Below, piece after piece: positions 47,248-54,808 of a stretch of DNA of 54,808 bases. Each line of letters begins with the position of its first letter. Within the stretch, counting starts at the first letter, position 1. Source of the stretch: a virus (Duplodnaviria > Caudoviricetes). The stretch lies in IMG/VR virus record IMGVR_UViG_3300044723_000730, positions 1 to 54,808 of that record. One strand, given 5' to 3'. The notes under the pieces are model-generated. The model was not told where the DNA came from. It searched no databases and saw only the letters and a program-made list of their open reading frames with translations. The translations under genes and the position numbers were made by a program.

Positions 47248-47598
47248 TTACTTATCAAACTCTAATATTAACTGCTGCCACGACTGCCTGCGCGGCCCAT
47301 CATGTTCTCTTGATTCTAAAACATGTTTCACAGAATCTACGTTGTCTTCGTTTACTACCCACCCAACACCTCCGGCTTCGTTTATGTTTTCCAGTTCGCG
47401 CAACTGGAGGGCGGTAGGTTTATTCTTTCCTGCTTTGCATTCAATACCGTAGAACCAACCTCGGTAACAGACGATTATATCGGGTACACCTGACCGTCCA
47501 TAACCGCCCGTTGCTGGGAAGAAGTAATACACATCATCCATACTCTTCAATTGTTTCACTATTTCCTGCTTTACTTTTTTCTCCGGGGTCATCGCCAT
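47248..47598 (-). CDS. VRR-NUC domain nuclease (Holliday junction resolvase-like)
   Basis: TPEKKVK, GRSGVPDII, IECKAGKNKPTALQ, AGG. Confidence 0.9.
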   Translation of the reverse strand: MAMTPEKKVKQEIVKQLKSMDDVYYFFPATGGYGRSGVPDIIVCYRGWFYGIECKAGKNKPTALQLRELENINEAGGVGWVVNEDNVDSVKHVLESREHDGPRRQSWQQLILEFDK

Positions 47599-47890
47599 CG
47601 GTATCTCCCTCATTAGGATAAATCCAGAATATGTATTTACTTATTCGCTGACCGATCTCCGGTATGTCCTCAGTAGGTGGGTCGTAGCTACGCATTTTCA
47701 ACACAGCTAACTTCCTTCGCATCCAGCTTGGTAAGTTGTTTATATGGTGAAGTTTAGAGGATAGTAAGTAATCCCACTTGTTAGTGTCATCACCCACCTT
47801 GTCTAGTATCACTTCGTCATAAACCGTGCCGTCCTTGTCTACAAATACCTCAAGCCTGAACGCATCACTCACTCGGAAATACCTCGGCAA
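47534..47890 (-). CDS. hypothetical protein
   Basis: LPSWMRRKLAVLKM...IGQR motif; start uncertain. Confidence 0.6.
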   Translation of the reverse strand: MPRYFRVSDAFRLEVFVDKDGTVYDEVILDKVGDDTNKWDYLLSSKLHHINNLPSWMRRKLAVLKMRSYDPPTEDIPEIGQRISKYIFWIYPNEGDTDGDDPGEKSKAGNSETIEEYG

Positions 47891-48911
47891 ACTCAGTAGG
47901 GGTCAAGAACACCATGCCGTGCTTACCTCCTGTATGTAGGAAATCCTCAAGCATGAACGCACCGACGTTGGGTATGTACTTGTAATTATCCCAATTATTA
48001 ATCAAGTTCTCCTCATTGATCTGCATCGCAGCCAACTTGGATCGGATTATATACGGCATCCCGCTTGCAGCTTCATGCACGGTGAGTTTGTCAACAAAAC
48101 CTTGTGGGTCGATATATCCTTTTTGCTCTGTAGACTTCACTGTGTAACAACGGGCCACGTCATCATCACCAAATTGTGAAACAAATACAGGAACCAATGA
48201 GTTAGCTTCGTCTATTTGTTCATGTAATGGCTTGATAGTTTCCAGATGTTCCTTCGCTCTCTCCACAAGTTGTTCACTTGCTGGTATGTACATCTCCATG
48301 TTGCCGGTAAGCGCGTGAGCCAACCACTCCATCAACAGGGGTTTGTTGTCCTCATACCTAACGTCTGACCAAAAATTAGCTACTTCTTTGTTAAGTGCAA
48401 CTTGGTCTGTCTCCAAAACATCCTTAGACATAATCGCCATCTTGTTATAGGAATGGGCAACGATAAGATCAAAAGTTACAGCGGGGCATCTAAGCACTTC
48501 GTTAATTACTTTTTTAATATCGTTCGTGCGAATAGCAGTTTTGTCTGTAAGGCTAGTCGGGTAAGGGTTGTTACTGTTCGCTCGTTGCTTGTGTATGAAC
48601 GGCGAGACCACCCAATACCTCACTGTATCGACACCCAACATGTTCTCTTCCATAGACCATGTGATCAGGGCGCGGAACATAAGGTCGCCTTTGCACTTAA
48701 TACCAAGAGCGTTAAACGCGGTCGGCTCTTGATGGAAACGATTCTCATGGCTCATTTGTATGGGCGTGGTCTCGTATCCCACACACTTGTTTATCGCAGT
48801 TTCAATATCTTTAAGTTCCTCGTCCACACTCAACTCAGCCTTCGGATAGCTGTGCGGATTGAAGTACTTCAGTAAATGTCTGTTATTCAGAAAGTGTGTT
48901 ACTCGCATCAT
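47865..48911 (-). CDS. hypothetical early protein, 348 aa
   Basis: AGGAG RBS; C-terminal MPYIIRSKLAAM...IPNVG resembles the neighbouring gene. Confidence 0.75.
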   Translation of the reverse strand: MMRVTHFLNNRHLLKYFNPHSYPKAELSVDEELKDIETAINKCVGYETTPIQMSHENRFHQEPTAFNALGIKCKGDLMFRALITWSMEENMLGVDTVRYWVVSPFIHKQRANSNNPYPTSLTDKTAIRTNDIKKVINEVLRCPAVTFDLIVAHSYNKMAIMSKDVLETDQVALNKEVANFWSDVRYEDNKPLLMEWLAHALTGNMEMYIPASEQLVERAKEHLETIKPLHEQIDEANSLVPVFVSQFGDDDVARCYTVKSTEQKGYIDPQGFVDKLTVHEAASGMPYIIRSKLAAMQINEENLINNWDNYKYIPNVGAFMLEDFLHTGGKHGMVFLTPTEFAEVFPSE

Positions 48912-48918
48912 CGTTCTC

Positions 48919-50154
48919 CTATATAAGTACGTCTAGCTTTTTGCCGACGCTTGGTTTTACTTCTCTGTTGTTCAGGACTGCCCATAACACAGGCATTGTC
49001 CACGTACCCCATCCTCCCCACAGATAGCCGTCAGTCAGTACCACGACGCCTTCGGCTTGGATGTTGTTCTGCTCTATGTACTCGGGTACACACGTTACGT
49101 TAGTGCCGCCACCTCCCTTCGGCTTAGTTGTGTTAACAAGTTCAGACAGTGGTATGGCTGTCTCACCATAGACTTCGTGCGAGCGAACCTCAGTATCCCA
49201 GTAAATCACATGTACGTTATTGATTGCCAGTGTCTCAATAATGTTACGTACCACCGACATAAACTTAGTGAGTTGTTCAGACTGAACACTGCCTGACGTA
49301 TCGATAGAGATGACAATATCATTCAGCTTGTCCTGTATACGGCTTGGTCTGATGATGTTTATCGGCATGTACTTGCGGTTCGGAACGCGGAACGTACCGT
49401 CCTCACCCCCGCTGCACGTATCAACGAACCACTCTTGGATGATGTCCTCCCATGGGATAACTACCTCAACAAGTTCCTCAAGGGTTTTGTTACCCCCCTT
49501 GCCGGACTTCTCTGCTGCAAGTAGCCCCTGCCGTATGGCTTCCTGTATATCGTTGCTGAGTTCGCGCTGCTCCTCTTCGGATAGTTTCTCGAACGCTTCG
49601 ACATCGTGATCGTCCATGCTTCCTTGTTCTGCACTTCCTGCACTTCCTGCACGTCCCTCGTCATCCGTGGGTGACATAGGGTCACCACCAGCTCCACCTT
49701 CCTCTTCTTCCTTGTACAGAAGTTTCCATATCTCACCCTCAAGCATCCCGTCATACTTGCTATCGTACAACGCACCGTCAGGTAGCTTGGCGAACCCATC
49801 CACCCGATTCTCTGCCACGATCTGCCCGTTGATGCGGTAGTCCCACACCACATTCGCCAGCTTGGGATTGATCTTGTGCATCCATAGGTAGGCCGCTGCG
49901 TGCATATAGATGATGTGGTATAGCTCGTGGATGAATACACCCCGTATCTCTTCATCGGTCAGGGTTTCGACAAACTCGTACCCGATCACAATATCTCTGA
50001 AATTTGTGTAGGCGGTAGGTACACCGCGCTCCACCCGTATCTCACCCAGTTGTGCTACCCCCGCCATCGCTGCGTATCGGAGGTGATCCAGCACTCTGGT
50101 GATCTCACGGTTCACCCGTTGCTCGGGTGTTAGTGCCATATCTAATGCAAACAT
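48919..50154 (-). CDS. HExxH metallopeptidase-like plus vWA domain protein (DUF2201-like)
   Basis: PTAYTN, HELYH, DTSGS MIDAS, GGGT, LTDG; GAGG RBS before 50154. Confidence 0.85.
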   Translation of the reverse strand: MFALDMALTPEQRVNREITRVLDHLRYAAMAGVAQLGEIRVERGVPTAYTNFRDIVIGYEFVETLTDEEIRGVFIHELYHIIYMHAAAYLWMHKINPKLANVVWDYRINGQIVAENRVDGFAKLPDGALYDSKYDGMLEGEIWKLLYKEEEEGGAGGDPMSPTDDEGRAGSAGSAEQGSMDDHDVEAFEKLSEEEQRELSNDIQEAIRQGLLAAEKSGKGGNKTLEELVEVVIPWEDIIQEWFVDTCSGGEDGTFRVPNRKYMPINIIRPSRIQDKLNDIVISIDTSGSVQSEQLTKFMSVVRNIIETLAINNVHVIYWDTEVRSHEVYGETAIPLSELVNTTKPKGGGGTNVTCVPEYIEQNNIQAEGVVVLTDGYLWGGWGTWTMPVLWAVLNNREVKPSVGKKLDVLI

Positions 50155-50173
50155 TTCATCGTCCTCGTAATTA

Positions 50174-51334
50174 TTATCCAAACAAGTGTGAGTTAGCTTC
50201 GGCCCACTTCTGATACTGCGTGTTCCCTGCAACTGCTCGTAACTTCTTATCAGGGTATCCCTTAACGCGAGTACCCATACCGAACAACGCTTGGTCAACA
50301 TTAGTAAAGCCTTCGCGCATCAGATAGGTCATCCACGGCCCCGCTAGTTCTCTGTCCATATCGTTCAGAGTCCGGCTGATCAACAGACACCTAGCTGCAC
50401 CACTCTTGGGTATGGGCGCACCCATCGGGTTCTGTATGATCTCGTCACGCGTGGGTATCTCACCCTGCATTTTGAAGTAGGTCATCATGTTGGTAGCTGC
50501 CACTGGGCCAACGGTTCCGACCAAGCCATTGAGCAACACTCTCTGATACTTCTTCTCAAGGTCTCCACCTTGTTGATATGTCCCGGCATCCATAGCTGCT
50601 TCAATGCGGCGGTCATACGCATGGAACACATGTGACGCGTTCTCCATAGATCGACCCGTAACACATGCGACAGGCTTGTTGACTGCACGGGGATCGTACA
50701 GTTCGGGGTACTTCCCAATCTCCTCATGGTCAAGAAAACAGGAAAAGATATGATCGTTCTGATTAGCGTAGCTCATCAAAAACGTGTGGATACTGTTACG
50801 GACGGCCCAGCTTAGCCACTCCATTTTGGTGGGTACTTTGTACGTCCGTACTTGACAGCGATTAATACCATGCGGTGGTAACAAGTCACCCAAGCCTTCC
50901 GCTGCTAGGTTAGTGGTGGCGAACACAATGGAGTCCGGATGGAGCGACATCGTGCCGGACTTGCGCTCGTACAGGATACGCAGCACTGCATTGAATGCGG
51001 AGCGCGGCATCTTGCCGATCTCGTCAAACATTATGATCACTGGCCCCTCAAGATGTAGACCCAGTTCCTCGTGGGGTACGGTCAGAAACGTCGTGCCGTC
51101 CTCGCCGTACTTGATCATAAAGAAGTCACCAGAGTCGGACTTGGTGGTGCAATCTATATAAACAAGTGTATATCCCTTGAATCTAGGCATCTCGCCCAGC
51201 GTGCGTAACATAGCCGACTTACCCCAGCCCATTGGCCCCTGAATGATCAGGGAAACCTCGCGGCCCAGATCAGCGATGTCCTCGATCAGATCATCGTGAG
51301 AGTCAGCGTATTGCATTACAGTATTGAGTTGCAT
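50174..51334 (-). CDS. MoxR-like AAA+ ATPase
   Basis: GPMGWGKS Walker A, MFDEIGK Walker B, ATTN sensor, NR finger, TGRS. Confidence 0.85.
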   Translation of the reverse strand: MQLNTVMQYADSHDDLIEDIADLGREVSLIIQGPMGWGKSAMLRTLGEMPRFKGYTLVYIDCTTKSDSGDFFMIKYGEDGTTFLTVPHEELGLHLEGPVIIMFDEIGKMPRSAFNAVLRILYERKSGTMSLHPDSIVFATTNLAAEGLGDLLPPHGINRCQVRTYKVPTKMEWLSWAVRNSIHTFLMSYANQNDHIFSCFLDHEEIGKYPELYDPRAVNKPVACVTGRSMENASHVFHAYDRRIEAAMDAGTYQQGGDLEKKYQRVLLNGLVGTVGPVAATNMMTYFKMQGEIPTRDEIIQNPMGAPIPKSGAARCLLISRTLNDMDRELAGPWMTYLMREGFTNVDQALFGMGTRVKGYPDKKLRAVAGNTQYQKWAEANSHLFG

Positions 51335-51361
51335 TTCTAGTTCCTCGTTGGTTGTGGTTGG

Positions 51362-52288
51362 TTATAGCGTGGGCAAGTTCTTGATGATCTCGTCCACTTG
51401 TTGCTTGGTTTCAAGGCGCAGCGTGTCTGATGCTTTTAGCTGCGGCACACTCACGGATGTGAGCAAGTCCCTGATCTGCTGTTGGGATGCCTTCACCTGC
51501 GGATTGTCATAGATGTTGCACACGTCCAGCATGTTGACGTAGCGCATCACGTTGTCGAGTAGCGTGTCATGGAACCCACGGCATGAGGACTTAAACTGTC
51601 GCTTTGAGTCCGGATTCACGTCACGGTCACTGAGTTGTTCCGATACATTCTCGATAGTCCTACGCACTTCCTCAAAAACTTTTTCCAGAGAGTCACGTAG
51701 TGCGTTGTCAGCAGCAACGTGGAAGTCCTCGGTCATCTCGTCGAGACCGTCCTGCTCTACCTGACTACGGAAGTCACCCTGTAGCGGTATGGGGTTGACC
51801 ACTAAGTCCCAGCCGATTTTTGCCTTGACTTGTTGCAGAGATGGATACTCCGCTGGGTTGAAATCATCCCCCAGTTCGATCTGGTTGTGCGCCATGATCG
51901 TGGGATACTCCGCAACAAACTTGTCCTTATGGCCCTGCATCTCAGTGAATACTTGACGCACTGCTTCCTTCACGTCGATGTACTTGTAGTTCGGGCACAA
52001 GTTCTGCCCGCGATCATACGGTGCACATTCGGCTTTCACTATGTTACGGGCGTCATTGCCCAGCGAGCGGATCGCCTCAAGCAATGGTGAGTTGATCAAT
52101 ACCTTGTCGATCTTGTGCCTCCCTACCTTCGCATTCCGGCTACGTGAATGGTCAGCACCAGCACGCTTGTCAGTCTTCTTGAAGGATGGGCAACGCACCA
52201 CTACAGATAGCAGTACGGCATTCTCGCGCAGTCGCTCCATTGGTGAGCGGGTATTGTTCATTGGGATTACGTTTAGTTTGTTTTGCAT
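51362..52288 (-). CDS. conserved helical protein (DUF3150-like)
   Basis: KKTDK...FVAEYP...LGDDFNPAEYPS...DFR pattern; usual partner of the AAA/vWA pair. Confidence 0.6.
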   Translation of the reverse strand: MQNKLNVIPMNNTRSPMERLRENAVLLSVVVRCPSFKKTDKRAGADHSRSRNAKVGRHKIDKVLINSPLLEAIRSLGNDARNIVKAECAPYDRGQNLCPNYKYIDVKEAVRQVFTEMQGHKDKFVAEYPTIMAHNQIELGDDFNPAEYPSLQQVKAKIGWDLVVNPIPLQGDFRSQVEQDGLDEMTEDFHVAADNALRDSLEKVFEEVRRTIENVSEQLSDRDVNPDSKRQFKSSCRGFHDTLLDNVMRYVNMLDVCNIYDNPQVKASQQQIRDLLTSVSVPQLKASDTLRLETKQQVDEIIKNLPTL

Positions 52289-52368
52289 TTTGATTTCCTC
52301 TTGTTAAGTTGTTTGTGAAATTGTCTAGCTGTTTGTGCATTGTTGCACTCTTTTGTATTGATGGCAAG

Positions 52369-52542
52369 TCAGTCAGTGCCGTTTGGTTCCTCTGCTATCT
52401 CTTCTGCAAGTGTTTTGGTAATCCAAGCTCTACCCCCGCAGGTGTAGCAGATTTCCCCATCTTCACATACCCCGTCCATATGCTGCGTCGAATCCCAACA
52501 GTCGGGGCAGGGGACTTTATCCCTACATTGCCTGCGTCTCAT
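52369..52542 (-). CDS. small Zn-finger protein
   Basis: CPDC...CYTCGG; probable start 52542 overlapping upstream stop. Confidence 0.55.
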   Translation of the reverse strand: MRRRQCRDKVPCPDCWDSTQHMDGVCEDGEICYTCGGRAWITKTLAEEIAEEPNGTD

Positions 52543-52769
52543 CGGAAAAACCCTCCCTTGTTGTTGATGCCAAGTAGTTCGGCTCGGTTGCTGATTACGG
52601 TGTAGTTGGACTTGTGCATAGGGACTACTGTATGTAGTCGTTGTTTTGCTTCGGCTTCGCCACAAGTCAGGCAAGTGTCATAGCCCAAGCGTTCGCGCTC
52701 TTTGGGAAACAGTGCGTCACAATGGACGCACGGTTTCTCGCTGGTTAAGTGTTGTTTGATCTTACCCAT
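52539..52769 (-). CDS. DksA/TraR-like C4 zinc-finger protein
   Basis: CVHCDALFPKERERLGYDTCLTC. Confidence 0.65.
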   Translation of the reverse strand: MGKIKQHLTSEKPCVHCDALFPKERERLGYDTCLTCGEAEAKQRLHTVVPMHKSNYTVISNRAELLGINNKGGFFR

Positions 52770-52989
52770 ATGCCCACTCGTTCATTTGTTCGGTGAGTTG
52801 TGCGTCCTGCCGCATCTCGTCAAGCACGTTGTCTATAACTTCTTCCAGAAAGTACTCAGTGCTGATGTCAGGGTCGGGGTCAAAGCCGTAGCGGTAGTCG
52901 CTGTCGTACCGCTCGATCCATGTTTTTCCTTTGGCTGTTATCTGGACTACTGTGTCCAGCGTGCCGTCGTCGATGATGAATGCTTGCAT
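52762..52989 (-). CDS. acidic hypothetical early protein
   Basis: GGAG RBS. Confidence 0.65.
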   Translation of the reverse strand: MQAFIIDDGTLDTVVQITAKGKTWIERYDSDYRYGFDPDPDISTEYFLEEVIDNVLDEMRQDAQLTEQMNEWAYG

Positions 52990-52991
52990 GG

Positions 52992-53192
52992 TTACTCCAC
53001 CTCCGCGTCAGTTACATGGTATCCGTAGTTCTCTGACCAACTCTTTTGGGCGCGGGTCATACCTTTCCAATTATCAACCCAGTAGCCGCGATGCGGGTGA
53101 TTGGGGGCCGGTGTTACTGGCGTACCTGCTGGAATGGTAGCCAGTGCGCCATACGGCATGCTGTTGTAAACGATCTTGTGTTTGGTTTGCAT
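52992..53192 (-). CDS. hypothetical early protein
   Basis: AGGA RBS; first substantial ORF after the strong promoter. Confidence 0.65.
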   Translation of the reverse strand: MQTKHKIVYNSMPYGALATIPAGTPVTPAPNHPHRGYWVDNWKGMTRAQKSWSENYGYHVTDAEVE

Positions 53193-53214
53193 AAGTTGTT
53201 CCTACAGTTAGTTG

Positions 53215-53248
53215 TCGGGAAAAAAGTTTAGGCCATGGCCTAACATTT
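53215..53248 (+). repeat. 34-bp motif copy 1 with perfect 16-bp palindrome TTAGGCCATGGCCTAA
   Basis: TCGGGAAAAAAGTTTAGGCCATGGCCTAACATTT. Confidence 0.95.
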
Positions 53249-53311
53249 GGTCGCACATCCATGTGCTGCTTTGTTGAACTTGTGTAACTCCATAACTCCA
53301 AATGAATGCCT

Positions 53312-53340
53312 AGTATAGCACATTACAAAGCCTTTGTCAA
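53312..53340 (-). promoter_or_regulatory. strong early sigma70 promoter
   Basis: TTGACA-N17-TATACT with extended -10 TG. Confidence 0.9.
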
Positions 53341-53387
53341 GTGAACTACATTAAACTGGAAAAGACTACATAATGCTTTTTCCCTCG

Positions 53388-53790
53388 TAAGTGTTTGATT
53401 TCATTCATGTAACATTTTGCTTTTTTGCTAAGCCTTTGATTTGCAAGGGGTTAATTTTCAAAATGTCACAAAGGTTACAAGGTTGTGCGAAAAACTCCTT
53501 ATAAATCAAGCGTGTAACTTTTGTGACATTTGTGAGGTTTTTAAAAAGAGGTTCTGCACTTTCGGGGGGTCTTACCCTCCTGAACTAGTTTCATATAGTT
53601 TAAAAGTAAAAAGCAGAACCCTTTATCTCTCTCTTAAAAAAGTTACAAAAGTTACATTATATTTTTATTCATTCTTTTATATATAAGATTTATACAAACC
53701 AATATTACCCAAATAGAAAAGCACTGGGTAAAAATGCAAAGCACTTATGTTCTTTTTTCGACTCCAGCAAAACCTCACAAATGTCACAAA
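53388..53790. other. putative replication origin / control region
   Basis: Two WATCAANNNNTTR (IHF) matches at 53388-53400 and 53429-53441; 9-bp GTYACAAA-type iterons; 22-bp perfect inverted repeat 53520-53541/53769-53790; AT-rich core. Confidence 0.6.
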
Positions 53791-53804
53791 TGTCACAAGG
53801 GGTT

Positions 53805-53838
53805 TCGGGGAAAAAGTTTAGGCCATGGCCTAACATTT
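53805..53838 (+). repeat. 34-bp palindromic motif copy 2
   Basis: TCGGGGAAAAAGTTTAGGCCATGGCCTAACATTT. Confidence 0.95.
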
Positions 53839-53844
53839 TGCTAC

Positions 53845-53915
53845 GGCGGCACGCAGAGCGGGAACTGGTTTCGCATCGGGGAGGCGAGGCAGCACGCAGC
53901 ATGGGAACTGGTTTC
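53845..53915 (+). repeat. 28-bp motif GGCRGCACGCAG-N3-GRGAACTGGTWTC, two copies
   Basis: 53845-53872 and 53888-53915. Confidence 0.9.
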
Positions 53916-53924
53916 TTTGGGCAT

Positions 53925-53952
53925 AAAAAAAGGGAGACCTTTCGGCCTCCCT
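53925..53952 (-). terminator. Rho-independent terminator
   Basis: Minus strand AGGGAGGCC-GAAA-GGTCTCCCT followed by a T run. Confidence 0.9.
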
Positions 53953-53959
53953 CTTTGGG

Positions 53960-54535
53960 TTACTTGGACAAGGCTTCAAGGAATGCCTTACCGGTTTTGG
54001 TTATATTAACCTGACTGGGCCATTCCTCGGCCTTGCGTACATCGTTGAGGAAACCTTCGACGATCCCCGCCATGATCTGGTTCGGCGTCTTGGTCTCAGT
54101 AGCTTCCTCGGTAACTTCCTCGGTAACTTCCTCGGTAGCATCCTCGGCCTTCGCTGGTTCGGGATTATCGAGCTTCTCGCGGCGCTCCATCGCCTTCTTA
54201 AACTTCGAGACCAGACCACCTAAATCCTTGGTAGCTTGCGATTTGAGGTGCTTAAGCGTATCCCATTCCTGCGGCGTGTAATCCGCTTTCGAGGAATCGA
54301 TTAGCTTGCGCTCGGCGGCGGGTAATCCAGCGAACATAAAATCCTTCACCTGATCGCGTACTGGGTTTCCCTTCTCGATCATGTCAGCCCGTACGCCTTC
54401 GGCATAGGCGGCATCGTACGCTGTCTTGCGTGCTGCCTTCGTACTGTACTCTTTCTTAGTCGCAGTAGTTAGCAGCTTGCCGGTAGCAGCAGTGATAACA
54501 AGTGTGTCAATTACAGCAATATTTTCTAGGTTCAT
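53960..54535 (-). CDS. stand-alone hypothetical early protein with TEEV repeats
   Basis: GGAG RBS before ATG 54535; own promoter and terminator. Confidence 0.75.
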   Translation of the reverse strand: MNLENIAVIDTLVITAATGKLLTTATKKEYSTKAARKTAYDAAYAEGVRADMIEKGNPVRDQVKDFMFAGLPAAERKLIDSSKADYTPQEWDTLKHLKSQATKDLGGLVSKFKKAMERREKLDNPEPAKAEDATEEVTEEVTEEATETKTPNQIMAGIVEGFLNDVRKAEEWPSQVNITKTGKAFLEALSK

Positions 54536-54587
54536 TTTGAACTCCAAATAAAAGTTAAACAAAGCGTTCCTTACTGGAACGATTACT

Positions 54588-54616
54588 AAGCTACAGGAAC
54601 ATGTTCACAGAGTCAA
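54588..54616 (-). promoter_or_regulatory. sigma70 promoter
   Basis: TTGACT-N17-TAGCTT; palindrome GAACATGTTC in the spacer. Confidence 0.65.
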
Positions 54617-54647
54617 GTATTATTCGGTTTAGCTTAGTCTTTTATAT

Positions 54648-54681
54648 AAATATTAGGCCATGGCCTAAACTTTTTACCCGA
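54648..54681 (-). repeat. 34-bp palindromic motif copy 3 (inverted)
   Basis: Reverse complement TCGGGTAAAAAGTTTAGGCCATGGCCTAATATTT. Confidence 0.95.
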
Positions 54682-54709
54682 AAGAGGCACGCCGCGCCTC
54701 GCCGAATCC

Positions 54710-54798
54710 GGCGGCACGCTGGGAGAACTTGGGGCACGCAGTGTGAATTTTTCGGGTGACGTGGAGGTGAGGCAGCACGCAGTTCGAGAACTGGTATC
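54710..54798 (+). repeat. 28-bp motif: full copy 54771-54798, partial copies at 54710 and 54733
   Basis: GGCAGCACGCAGTTCGAGAACTGGTATC. Confidence 0.85.
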
Positions 54799-54808
54799 AG
54801 TCAGGTGG

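Noticed and set aside
53074-53301. 75-aa ORF after the early promoter
   Set aside because: TTG start at about the transcription start with no RBS, and it overlaps the better-supported 52992-53192 gene
53215-54798. CRISPR array from the 34-bp or 28-bp repeats
   Set aside because: Irregular spacing, mixed orientation, no spacer series and no cas operon; the Cas4-like nuclease is a normal phage replication gene
1-54808. tRNA genes, introns/inteins, stop-codon reassignment
   Set aside because: No cloverleaf noticed; polymerase, helicase and primase are uninterrupted; genes tile densely under the standard code

Overview
This window holds most of a tailed dsDNA phage genome with podovirus-like organisation; a marine proteobacterial host is plausible but cannot be determined from the sequence. 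It has two convergent arms. The + strand arm (1-34133) carries the probable portal C-terminus, a GroES-like co-chaperonin, scaffold, major capsid protein, small basic proteins, head-tail adaptors, three paralogous repeat-rich spike proteins, a lysis cassette containing a class-3 lipase, a tail nozzle protein and large internal (ejection) proteins. The - strand arm (34228-54535) carries early and replication genes: primase-helicase, two SSB-like proteins, SNF2 helicase, PD-(D/E)XK nuclease, family A DNA polymerase (Leu762 type), thermonuclease, SleB hydrolase, VRR-NUC and a MoxR-like AAA+/HExxH-vWA module, followed by a repeat-rich origin/control region. No terminase, integrase, tRNA or CRISPR array was seen. 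The best novel candidate is a ~50-nt small RNA at the junction of the two arms (34132-34185, - strand) with its own promoter, operator-like palindrome and terminator. Its 5' seed is complementary to the ribosome-binding/start regions of 7-9 early and replication genes. Other highlights: a three-helix pseudoknotted RNA after the capsid gene, a hydrophobic-x-x-G-G motif shared by many putative capsid-internal proteins, cement-like scaffolds carrying swappable propeller inserts, and an origin-like region with IHF sites, iterons and two repeat families. All calls come from manual reading and motif recall; no database searches were run.
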